NCBI GenBank assembly: GCA_016748015.1
Contig: JAAOMT010000503.1
Coordinates: 1 to 64,000 of the forward strand
Direction: 5' to 3'
Source of the DNA: Geosiphon pyriformis uo1
Lineage: Eukaryota > Fungi > Glomeromycota
Length of the DNA: 64,000 nucleotides
Of the stretch, positions 11,490-24,411 are shown piece after piece. A program made the position numbers and the translations under genes. Within the stretch, counting starts at the first letter, position 1. Each line of letters opens with the position of its first letter. The notes below the pieces were generated by a model, which had not been told where the DNA came from, did no database searches, and saw only the letters and a program-made list of their open reading frames with translations.

Positions 11490-14400
11490 CTAATATTAAA
11501 AATTTGGTTTTAAAGCAAAATAAAAACCAATTTAAGTCAATATTAAAAAATAGAATTTTTGATAATATAAACACTATAATAATTTTAAGTTTTAAATAAT
11601 ATTAATATTAAAAATTAAGCTTAAAAGTAATAATAAAAATTAATTTAAATTAATATAATTTTTAATAATATGAACACTATAATATTTTTAAATCTTAAAT
11701 AATACTAATTTGTTATATAATATATTAATTTTATTATTAATTATTAACTAATACAAATTCATGTAAATTATTATTTGTTAAAAATTTTAATTATTATTGA
11801 TATAATAAATAATAATAATAATAGAAACAAAAACTTAATTATTAAAAAAAATTTAAAAATCTGATATAAAAAAATTTTAGATTTAATATATTTAAGTATA
11901 AATATAGGTAAAATAAAAAAAATATTTTATAAAAAAGATAATACTTATTTTTAATTTTTGTTTAATTAAAGTATAAAATTTTATAATTTTATTTTTAATT
12001 ATATTAGTACAAATAAATTAAGAAATAAAATTTAAATATTAAAATATTTCAATTAATTTAAGATTTTCTATTATAACAATTAGTCATTAATAATTAATAA
12101 ACTAAATAATAATTATATTATAAAGTTTTTTATTATTAATATTAATAACAATTATTACAAAAAACTAAAGTAGTTTTCTAATTAAATTGGCTAAAAAATC
12201 AACAATTTTACTTGTTAAAATATTTTTTTAATTAATTTGTAATCTTTTTGAATATTTTGTGTTTTTTATAATATTTTTTATTATAATATATTCTGTTTAA
12301 TAAAAAGTTTCTAAATAATATTATAAAAGTTTAATAATATTTTTTTATTATTATTAATATTTAATAAGTAAAATTCAATTGTTATCTAATATATATATTT
12401 AAACTAAGTGGCTTAAACTAAATACAGCTTATGTTTTTATTATATATAGCTAGCCATTGGATTAAATAAAACAATACTAAATATCTATATTAACATATGT
12501 ATTTTTATTCAAACAAAAAAAAACACAATTTGTGTCTACTAAAACTAATCACAAAAGATTCTATTATATTAAGCAATTAAATTACTCTATCTGATAATAT
12601 AGACATTATATTACAAAACAAATTTGAACCAAACTATCATTTTTAACCAATTCAGCCTTTTTTATGTTCACTTTATGCTTAGATTTTATAAGTTATATCT
12701 TAGAGCAATGTAATTTTATCAGATATATTACATATTTAATAAAAAAAGAAACAGTTTTTACTTTCTTATCAAAAATTATAACAGTCTTAGCATATTAGTT
12801 TCTTAGTACAAATTTTTTGTAAATTGCTGTATATAGATTTATATTCAAAAAACATTAAGAAAACATTCACAAAACAGTAAAAAAAAACAAGTAGTAAACA
12901 TCTGCCAATAATACTTACTTTTTAGAAACTTCTGTCAAAATTTTCTTTTAAATATCATCATCTTTAGCATAAATAAAAATATAATTAAATACCTTTATCT
13001 TATTATACAGCAAACACAACATACTAGGGTATATCTTATTATATAATCTCTTTTTAACTATTATTAATAGCTATTTATATACTGCTTTTATTAAATACAT
13101 ATACTAATTAACAGATTTTTTACTAGTAAATTCAAAAAACATATGTGAATTAGAATACCAGATTTTTACAGTAGTTAATCAATCTATCTTTCTAATTATT
13201 GTACTTGAAATTACATTATAATTAGAGCTGGCCTTTTATCAAACACAACAAATAGATTTGTATAAATCACAAACAAAATAATATGTATTATTAAATACAG
13301 TTTTTTCTTAGCCATTATAAACTATTCTCAAACTTCAATTGGCAATAAAAAGAGAATAAGCAGTTTTACCTATTATTACATTAGTTTTAACATTGTTCAA
13401 AATATTTAAATAATTTTTAACTTTTATTTATTTAACAAAAAAATTTTTATCTTTGATTAAATTAATAATATGTCTTTTTTTTATTTAACACTGATTACAG
13501 AAGTTTGGTACAGCAAACAAAACCTTAAATATGTATATATCAATTGCAAATTGGCTATTTAGATGCAAAACCATTACACAAAAAGATGAAACACATTTTA
13601 AGAACAGCACAATAGTCTGTAGTTTAATCATTATAAAAAATAGAAGTCTATGTATTTTAACATCAATACTTATATCTACAGCTAAAAAATAAACAGCTAT
13701 TTTACTAGCAATCTTAGCAAAACCAGTGCATTTTAAGAATCTATTTGTGTAAATCTTAATAAAACCAGACTAAACTTTTAGTAAACCTCTTTATACATTA
13801 AAGAACTTTTTAAATTTTAAAATATTTAGTTCAAATAACTTTTTGGTATTTACAAAATTAACTACTAAAAAACTTTTATTACTCAAAAATTCAGATGTCA
13901 GCTTAAATTAATAAGACATAAAGCTCTTCAAATTTAATTTTTTTTATTTATAAAATATTTTCTAATTTATCACATCTTTTTTTTTGTTTAAAAGTTTGTT
14001 ACTAAATGCAATTTCAAACTGCTTTAAAAAAAAAACAGAATTATAATACAGAAATTTTTCCAAAATATTTAACATCAAAAACTTATTAGGACTACAAAAT
14101 ACACCAGACAAATTAGTTATCAAAAATAAATTATTGTTCAAAAAAATTTTCACCACTTTAGCCAAAAAATTGTTTACTGAACTAACACATAACTTAACAG
14201 AAAACTGCAAAAGATTCAAAAAAAATCACTTCAGAATCTGTAAATTCAAGAACTTATGTTCAAACAAATATATAAAAATATCTATTATATTAGAAAAAAC
14301 AATCAATAAAGCCATTTTTTTTTTAGACTGTACTTGTTTAAAAAGTTTTAGATTATATAAGGATAGATAATACAGAGCCTTACTAAAAAAGTTATGTGAC

Positions 14401-17400
14401 AACTCAGTCTTGGTTTTAAGACTTTTTCTAATTATTATATATTACTTATAATATACACTTGATGAAATAAAACTAAACTGTAACTGATAATTAACTATAA
14501 ATTACAAAACAGTTAATACTAAATAAGAGAACTGTTTATTTGTAATTATTTTTTTTAACATCATATTAGAAAAAAATCTAAAATCTGTATAAGCTTAAGT
14601 CATACTAAACTTAAAAAGACTCTGAGTTAACAAAAAAATTCCTAAATATTTGTGTAATTTACTTTTTTTAACAATTGAAATTGGCAAACTATTAATTATT
14701 AACAAAGCAGTTTTAATACTTTAATTGATAGGAATAGCCCCTATTTTTTTATTATTAATTAAAATATTATTAACATTAAAGAACTTACTAGCAATATTTA
14801 AAATATATTGTGTAGAAACTCAACTACTTCTGATCTAAATTGTGTTATTAATAAAAACATTAACAGCAAAAAATAAAGTTTTTTCTCTAATAGTCTTAAT
14901 TTTGCCAGTTTTGACCACAAATCTAGTATTAATTTGGTATTTACACAAGTGTTTATGTCTCTTAATTTTACACAAAAACAGATTATAGAAAATTCTCTAA
15001 AAAAAAGGAAAGAAAATTTTACTTTGATCCAATCTATTATGTACTTTGTAACTATCTAAAAATCTAAAATCAATTATTATCTTATTAATTTAATTCTTAT
15101 GTATATTGTCAAAAAACTTAATAAACTGGTTATATATCTTAATGTGTTGTAAGTTAATTCTTAAATAATATCATCTTACTAAATCATAAGTTTTGTATAT
15201 ATTTTGCAAAACCAACTAAAGCTTTCTATTTTTCTCAAGTGCATTCTCAATAACTAACTCAATGGCAAAAATAGAGGACTAAGTTAAGATATTTTTCAAT
15301 ACCAAAAAGTTATTATCATGAAAAACATCAAATTTGCTACATGTTAAAAATATCTGATTAAAGAGAATCTTAAACAGAATTTTCTTAACTGTTTTGATCA
15401 ATACAATAGATTGGATATTTGTTAAAATGTTATCTTATTTATAAAGTTTGGAGATCATTGAAACTTATACACTCTTTTAAGAAACTGAAACCATATTTAA
15501 AGTTAAACACAAATTTAATAACCTCAAAAAATATTTTAATATTCTATTATTACAATGTTTCTACAATTCATTTGGGATTTTTGACAATCTAACAGTCTGT
15601 CATTCAACAAACTATCAACCACCAAAACTAATTCTTCTATATTAATATTCTTTATTATATCAGTAAAAACACTATTATTTACATAATTCAAAAACATATA
15701 TTAACAGAACCAATGTTTAAACATCCTTAAGAATACTAACTATTTTCTTGTTTATTTTTCTATAATTTTATCAATCTTAAGCTTTACTTTATCAAGTTTT
15801 ATTACCAATTTATCTCTAACCACCAGGTAATCCGAAACAACTTTGCAAAAAAACTATTTTAGAACACTTTTTATTATTTATCTTTTATTAAAACAGAAAT
15901 TTTTTATATATTAATTAATTGTTTTTTTAAGAGCTGTATTTTCAGATGATTTAATTTATAATACTTAAATTTCTAATACTTTTTTTTAATTATTAACAAA
16001 TATTTAATAATATTTATTGATTTTATACTATCTTAAATTATACTGGTAATTTTAAATGCTTTAACATCATTAACAGTCAACCAAACTTTAACAAAGCACT
16101 TAAATTCTAACAGATTTTCAGAATTTTATTTCTTTATAATCTTAGCAATGAACAGTTCCAATTTAAAAAATTTTAAGAACTGCTTGTTTTTTGAATAATT
16201 ATATTTACTATACCAATGTTTAAAGAACACTACATTAGCAAATTGTACTATAGCTTCTTTTAATACCTCTTATATTGTATTTAAATTATTACAATTCTTT
16301 GTTTTTTTAAACACATTTAATATTACCAACAGCTTAGTAGAAAAGCACTTCTTAAATTGCATTTACTTAATTTTATTAGCATCTTTTATTTTGAATTTTC
16401 ATCAATTTTTATTAGCTTACTTATAAATACTATTAAAACAAACATCTAGAAAACCACTCAAATTGACTAAGACTAAGACTGTCTTATAATCTATATCAAA
16501 AAACTCAGACACAATATTAATCTTATGGTTTGTAACCACAAATATCAGGTTTTTATTTACAAATATAAAATCTAACATCTTTTTAATACTTCTAGAATTG
16601 CTCTAAGTAAAAACTTTAATTAGCAGATGTTTATTAAATACATTGACCAAATTTAGATCCAAATAAAACTTAAAACTCACACTCTTTTTGAATTCACTCT
16701 TATTAAAATCTCTACTTAAAACCACAAAAGTGCTGAAATTAATTGTCTTAACAATAAAAAAATTGATTTCTAATGCTTGTTTAAACCTAATTTTAATAAA
16801 AGCATTAGTATACAACTCTAAAATTATCACTGAGAGTTTATTCTTAAATAAAAAACAAACTGAAATAATCTTGTTCAAAATTTTGTTAACTTTTAAGACA
16901 TGACAAGCCAAAAAATTGTTTATAATTATAGTCACTCTAGTGCCAAAAAAATTTTGTCCAAACCAAATGTAAAGATTTGTATTTTTTTAAACTTATTTAT
17001 AATTTAAGGCCTAATATTAGATCTTAATTTAGTTTTTATAATTATAAAAATCATATTATCTAAATTAATATATCAATAAACAACATTTTTTTGCTTAACA
17101 GAAACATTAATACTTTTAATATTATATGTAACAATTTTTTAGATCAAATTAGTCATTGTTGAAAAAAAGTGTTCAAATTTAAACTTTTATTATCTACTTT
17201 TGTTAACAGACTTATAACTATAATTGATAAATTGTTTATTTTATCTTCAAATCTTTTAATAATTAATTAATTCAAAATTTTTGCTTTTGTAATAGTTTCA
17301 TTACTAATGGCTACATCCAAACTCTTATTCATTAATATATCTGTTTTTTAATTCTATAATAAAGAAGTTATTAATGATTAACATTTAAGACTAAGCTAAA

Positions 17401-18412
17401 AAATTATTGGCTTAAGTCTATCCAATTTTTTAGCCAGCTTACTTATTTGCTTTATAAAACTAATAAGACTGTGCTTAATAGTAGTAAACTTATTATTTAC
17501 ATTTTTAGATATAAGCAAAAGAGACTTCACCTTTAACAAAGAACCATAACTTACTGAACTATTTTACATAGAAAAAGGGGAAAATAAGAATTTACCAACA
17601 ATCTTAATTTAAAAAATACTACCAAAAAAAACAGGATACATAATAAGTGCCAAATATTTGACATAGATAATAGCCAGTCTGTTTTTATTTTTTTCTGACA
17701 AAATTTTATAAAATAAACTACCAGAAAAAACTTTTTTACTTATAGTATAGTTTAATAATATATAACTTAAATTCTTATACTTTATATACTTGACAGAACC
17801 CAAACAAAACCAGTACAAATTGGTGTCCTTTAACACTGATGTAATTTTTATAATGGCATCCAATGATTTACTAAAGTCGAAACAAATCACAGCACATTTG
17901 ATTCAGGCATATGTAATTAGATAATAATCTATTACATATGTTTTTCTATTTACAGATCCAATAAAGTTTTAGATATTATAAGCATTTGTTTTTATTGGCA
18001 ACATATAGAGCAGTGTTCTATTATAATCTTTAGCATTTTATGTTTTCTTGTCTATATTAGCTTTAACAATATACACAATATTTTTTTGATTAAGATGGAC
18101 CATTTTACTGCAATTAGATTAGTGTAATCTGATTAATTAAATTCAACTACAGCTTTTTATCACAGTTTTACTAATTGTATTTTAATTGACTTAATAATAC
18201 CAAACTTAGAAAATACAGCATACACAGTCTCAGCTAACAATTTAATTAAAATTTTTTACTATTACAGTTTGATCTAAACATACAGCTGATTTTTTGAGAT
18301 TAGTATTTACCAAGATTTTTGCATTTCTAGTTTTTTTAGATGTTTATACCAAGTTTAATTCAGAAGTAAATATTGCTCTAATAATCTCAGCAAATTTTGA
18401 AAGAATAGATGC

Positions 18413-21400
18413 TATTATAAGTGTTTTTTTCTCTTTTTAATGGTTGTACTATAATTAATTTCTATGGCTTTTTAAATCAAGTGATAATATAATAAATTAT
18501 TTAATTTTGATGTAAAAATAAGTATATTAATATTACAAATAATTATTTGGAGTGTTGAAACAAATAATAAATCTGTAACTTGGTGCTTAATAGTTGTTAA
18601 TATTAGTAATTTCTAAAAATTTTGGAGTTTAAAAGTTTGGTTAAGTTTTTTGTATAATAAACAGAAATTCAATTAATGATTTTTTCTGTAAATTTCTTTT
18701 TTTAGCATAATGGCCAGTTTATTTTAACAGTTATGTCCTTTTGGTAAGCTATTCTTAAATTTTTATCTTTGTTCTTAGATCTTTTATTAGACTATCCTTA
18801 ATGTTAATTACTTAGTACTTAATTTCTTTAATCAATTAATAAACAACAAAAAAAATAAAAAAAATAAAAATAAAAAAAGAAATAAAAAATTAGTATTCTG
18901 TCAATAGTTATGATTAAGAACTATTGGTCCAATATGGTTAAGTATTAGATTCTATCAACATAGAGTATTAATAATATAGAATAAATTAATATTTTTTTAA
19001 TTAAGTAATGATAATATGGATTTGAATAATAATAGATTTTTTATTAATATAAGTATAATTCCACTTTAAGTTATAGAAAAGTATCTTTTAAAAAAAGGAG
19101 TATTGTTGTTTTAAACTAAATTTAAATTCTATTAAATACTTTTTTTGCTTTTAACATTCTTGCTATATATACATAATTTATATTATATGAGATTTTTTGA
19201 AATTCTTCAATTTTTTTGAAAAAAATTCTGTAATTCTGTAATTTTTTAAGAGAAATTCTGGAATTTCTCTTTTTATTATGCTTATTTCTGATTGGCTATT
19301 TTATCTACTTATTATAATTTCTAATTTATATAAGTAATACTATCTGCTTTTATCTTAGTATATATGGCAGTAATTAGTATATTTTTATTTAAAGTGGTTT
19401 TATTAAACAAAGTAAAAGTGAATTTTTTTTTTCAAGTTTAAAAGAAAATATGACAGTTAATATTTTATTATTAATAATAGTTGTAAGAAAAATTGTGTTA
19501 ATACTTTTTTTGGTATTAATAATAAGGCTTCTAATAATGTTAATATTTTGATTTTTATGAAATATTATATTATAAAAATCTTGTGGTTCAGATAGATTAA
19601 AAAATACTTATTAATAATATATAGGTGTATTATATTATCTATTATTATTTTAATTCAGATTTTGTGATATTATTGTGTTTGCTGCTAGTTGATCCAAAAA
19701 ATTTGAATTTAAGGATGAATAATTTTTTCTCTAATTCAAGTTTTGGAAATGTAATTTAGAAATTGGTGCTTGTTATAATTATTATAATAAAACTAAGCAT
19801 TATGGCTAAACTAAACTTTGTTGTCATAATAATTATTGCTGAAAATACTATTAAATTAATATTAAGTATTAATTCTGAAGTATTATATATTAATTGTCAA
19901 GAGATGAATTTCATAAATTGTTTTTTTATAAATTTTAATGGAACTACAATAATTAGTATTTGGCTTTAATATATTTGTGCTTTTAACAATAATAATACAT
20001 TAGTATATTCTGTTAATTCCTATTTGGATTTTAATAACTGCAATCTTGAAAGGGTGTTTGGTTTTATTGGTTGTAGTAATTAATATTAATTTGGTATTTA
20101 GGACCTAATATTGACAAGATAACTTTCTATCTTTTGAAATAATTTCTCCTCAAGTTAAGTAATCTTGTTTTTAAATTCTTTGGTGTTATTGTTATTAATT
20201 ACTAAGTTTACTATTTTATTGTGATTAGCTTTTTCTTCAGCTGACTTAATATTTTAAGCCAATATAACAGCTTGAAATAGATCTTTTGGATGTTGTTGTC
20301 TTATTCATTTTAGAATACTACTCTTTAATCCTCTTATAAACTAATTAAAAATCTGAGAAGCTGTATAATAGTTGTTTTTTATGGCTCTAATTTGTTATAA
20401 GACATAATTAAACCTACTGAAATATTTAGTTACTGTTTCATTAAACTGTTGTTTAATAGTATTGAATCTAATTTAAAGTTTAATAATAGTATTAAAGTTG
20501 TAGAAATATTCTAAGAATGTAGTTTAAAACTATACAAAAATATTAGATTTGGAATTCAAATTTTGATACTAGAAGTTAGCTATGTTTTTTAAAAAAAATG
20601 GTAAGGTTTAAAGACTGTAGTTTTTATTTCAATTATTTGTTAGAATTGTTTTTTATGCTTTTTTAATTCAAATATAAGTATCTTTTTCTCTGGTAAAGTT
20701 GGCTAATTTTGAGTGGTTATTTTTTGAAAATTTACAGATATTTAAACAGAAAAAGCTATTGGTTCTGGTTCTAATTTGTTTAAGAATTTTTTTTCTTTTT
20801 TTTCTAGTACTCTGTTTTTTTGGTTATGTTAAAACTTGGATTCAGGTTTAGATTTAAGCTCAGGTTTTCAAGTAGCCTAAAAGTTTGGTTGTGAAGAAGA
20901 TAAGTTTAAGAATTGTGTTAAATATTTTTTTAAAATGGGTTTTTCAAAAATTTTCTTCCAAATAAGATGTGAAGATAATTAAAAATTTAAAAGATTGTTT
21001 TTATAATAGATAAAAACATGGCTCTTAGTAATATATTAATTTGTTTATCTAATAACAAATAATAAAATAAAGCTTTTAATAATGTAATCTGAGATTTTTT
21101 ATATAATGAAATTAAAATTTGCTGTTGATCCACAATTTCTTAATGAGATGTTTATACTAAGATTTTTAATTGGTTATCTTAATTATTGTCATTTTTTTTG
21201 TTTTTATTGAAAATAAGTAGAAATCTTTTTCAGATGTATTCCTCAATTTTTTGGTGTATTTGTACCAAAGTTATTGGAAATAATTGTGTATTAGATAGTA
21301 TAATATGGTGAGTTAATTTTAAATATAGATTTTATTTTTGTTTTTGGGGTTTTGGATCTTGTTCAAATAAGTATTGAATTCAATAGTACATATAGTAGTT

Positions 21401-22884
21401 AAAAATTGATTTAGCTAAAAAACAATTATTAAGTAATCTTAATTTTTTTTGAAATTAATAATATAGATTTTGGTTAAAAAAATTAGTGATTGTTGCTAGT
21501 TCTGCCACTTTGATCTACTAATTTATGCAATTAATTATTACTAAGATTTAAGTGGCTTAAATAGTTTAAAATTAAATCTCAAAGTAAATATCAAATGTTA
21601 TAGGTGTTTTTTCTCTCTTTAGTGATTGTACTATAATTAATTTTTATGGCTTTTGAGATCAAGTGATAATATAGTAAATTATTTAATTTTAATATGAAAA
21701 TAAGTATATTAGTCTTGATTAGTGTTGTTTTTAATTTATGCTGAATTCCTGTTTAATATATTATTACTATTTTTTTATATAAAAATTTAAAAGTTAGTTT
21801 AGTAAGTTTTCCTAACTTTCTAGTAAATATTGGATAATTTTTTTGGTAAGTGTTTTTGTTATTGAGTTTGATATGTAATATAATTTTTCTGTCAAAATTG
21901 CTATTGGTTGTTATTACTAACTAATTTTTTAAGAAGAATTCTTACTATATTCTTATATCTTTAATTGTGTCTTTCTTTAAGACTTCTATAAAGATATTTA
22001 TTTTATTTTATGCTAATACTAGATATTTGTATTTCTTTACTTATAGTAAAGTGGTACTTTATTTTTAATAAATTTAAAGAGGATTAAAATAAAAAAAGTA
22101 AAATTTAACAAAATTAGTATTTGTAAAATAATCTAATTAGAGATTATTTTTTCAAAAATATGGAAAGTTTGTTCCAGATTTTTACATTAACTGTTAGTTT
22201 TGACTAAAGTATTACAAGTATTTTTTAGATAATTTCATGTATTTAATATTCTTTTAATGTGTTTTTAATTTTGTTAAGCTTGGGTTTTGTTTGTGCTTTT
22301 GTTAACATATTAGATGTTTTTACTATTGTTTTTTTTTAACAGAAAAGCAATAGTAAAAAAAGATAATAATTTTTAAGTCATTTATAAAAGACCAAATTAT
22401 AAAGAAAAAAGGTCTTTAATTCTACTAATCTCAGTATTAAGCTTAAAAAGTATACTGTTTAATTTTTTTTGGAATTATAATTTAATTTTATTACTTTCTC
22501 TTTATTTTTGTCTAATTAACTTTTTGTTCTTTTTTATTCTTCTTTCTTGTATGTTTTTTTCTAATTAAAAAGCTATTACATATATACATATTTTAAATTA
22601 TATATAATTATGTCTATTCTAATTGATTAGTAAGTAGTTACTAAGTTATTAGATTTTTTATTTGACTATAAGTGTTTTTTAACTTATTTGTTTATAATTG
22701 TATTGAATTGAGTATATTTGTGTATGTTTTGTATATTATTGTGTACACATTTTATACTATCATGTGCACATTATGTTTTCTAATTTTATTTATTGATCTG
22801 TATTATTTATATTATTATTTAATAATTGATTAATATATTATAATAATATTATTTTTGATTTTGGTTAATTTCTATTAAGTAATA
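18413..22884 (-). mobile_element. Degenerate Gypsy element: 5' LTR (21596-22884), gag remnant, truncated 3' LTR (18413-18530); pol missing
   Basis: 18413-18530 is a direct repeat of 21596-21712; minus-strand gag remnants (FIRGLKSSIL..QQHPKDL..AV; NFT..WI....ILTNNW; decayed CCHC knuckle); TSD ATGC/ACAC; removing the element restores LINE ORF1 in frame. Confidence 0.78.
18531..19339 (-). repeat. Nested single LTR of another family (no matching TSD)
   Basis: Mutated termini TATTAC...GTAATA; internal GAAATT-type repeats; interrupts the host LTR similarity exactly at 18531. Confidence 0.55.
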
Positions 22885-24411
22885 ACACCTTTTCAAAACT
22901 ATTGATTTTTAAAAACAATTTTCTAATCACAATAAGTTTATCTTGAGAAAATTTTTCAATAATATTATTTAAGCTAATATTCAAAACAAATAATTTTCTA
23001 ATAAAAACATTAACCAAATTTTTCAAAGAAAAAAAAAAAGCTAACAAAGCATTTAATAAAATATTATTATTATTATTACTTAAGAAATTAATTTTCTCTA
23101 AAGATGTTCTCAACACTTTTTTGGTTTTTACTCATAGATTTTTCAGTGTTTAATTAAAATTCTTCTTATTAAAAGTGTTTTTTTTTACTATAATTAACAC
23201 TAATTTCCTTCACCAAACACTTTTTTTTTATGTTAACATTATTTAATTCAGTAGTATTACCAATTTTAAAGCTTTAAAAATGATTACTTAAAGTCTTAGT
23301 AAAAATTATTTTGTCATTAACACTGTTTTTTAAAGCATATTTCTTTATTTTTTTTTAGAAAAAACATGTTTATTATCACTGTTAAACCCAGAATTTTTAA
23401 TAGACTTTTTTATAACAACAATATTTAAACTAATTATGATCTCATAATCAAACAAAAAAGATTTAAATTTATTGTATTGAATAATTAAAAACTTTTTTTC
23501 AACAAATGTACTTTTTGATAAATTTTTAAATATAAAAGAAAAAAAAAATTTTATAATTAATATTTATATATATATTTTGAGACTATATATTTAACTATTT
23601 TTTTTGTTTATTTAAACTTATTAAAATAATTCTATATCTTATTTTAAAAATTATATTTATTAAAAATATTAATATTTAAATTATTAAAAATATTAATATT
23701 TAGATTATTTAAAATATTAAATTTTATTATTTTAAATTTTAAATCTTTAATAATATTTAATAATATAAATAATAGGCTTATTTTAGTAAATTAAAAAGCA
23801 AAGTTGTTATATATATATAGTTTTATATTTTTTTTAATTAATTATAATAATTAAACAAAAAAATAAATAATAAATAGGTAATACAAAAATATATTTTTTT
23901 AGTTTTATTAAACTCAAACAATTTATAAACTTTAAATTTAAATTAAACTTACTTTAAAAACTTGGTTTGGTTTAAGTTTAATTCATAATTTAAACTAAAT
24001 TTAAATAATATTTAAAATTTAATTTGATTTAATTTAATTAGATTTTTAAAAATAATAATAATTATAATACTAATAGACTTAATAATAGATTTAATTAATA
24101 TAATTAAACTAATTAATTTAAATTTTAAAAAATTTATTTAGAACTAATCAAAAAATTTATAATAGTAATAATAACTAAAATAATTAAAAACACAATAATA
24201 TAAACAATAATAAAATAAAGTTTTAGCTTAAAACTTAATATTAATAAAACTAAATTCTAAAATCTTAAAACCAATTACAGATTTGAATAATAATTTAAAA
24301 AAAATAAAAATATTTTGTAATCTATAACTGAATAATTTAAATTTTAACATTTAAAATAGCAAAAGTTTTTTATTAAATATAATTTCTTGAATAGTAGTAT
24401 CTAAATATATA

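Larger units (their letters stand above)
12340..23550 (-). mobile_element. Heavily mutated full-length LINE, copy B, split in ORF1 by an LTR element (18413-22884)
   Basis: Minus-strand remnants: VSSVNNFLAKVV (13962-14219), APE FLFKNKLSVIILELY (16603-16935), ORF1 ICFDFSKSLDAII (17609-17890), ORF1 LIVIRKLFLKINSF (22889-23116); 5' region matches 37196-37280; degenerate 3' tail ~12340-12480. Confidence 0.82.
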
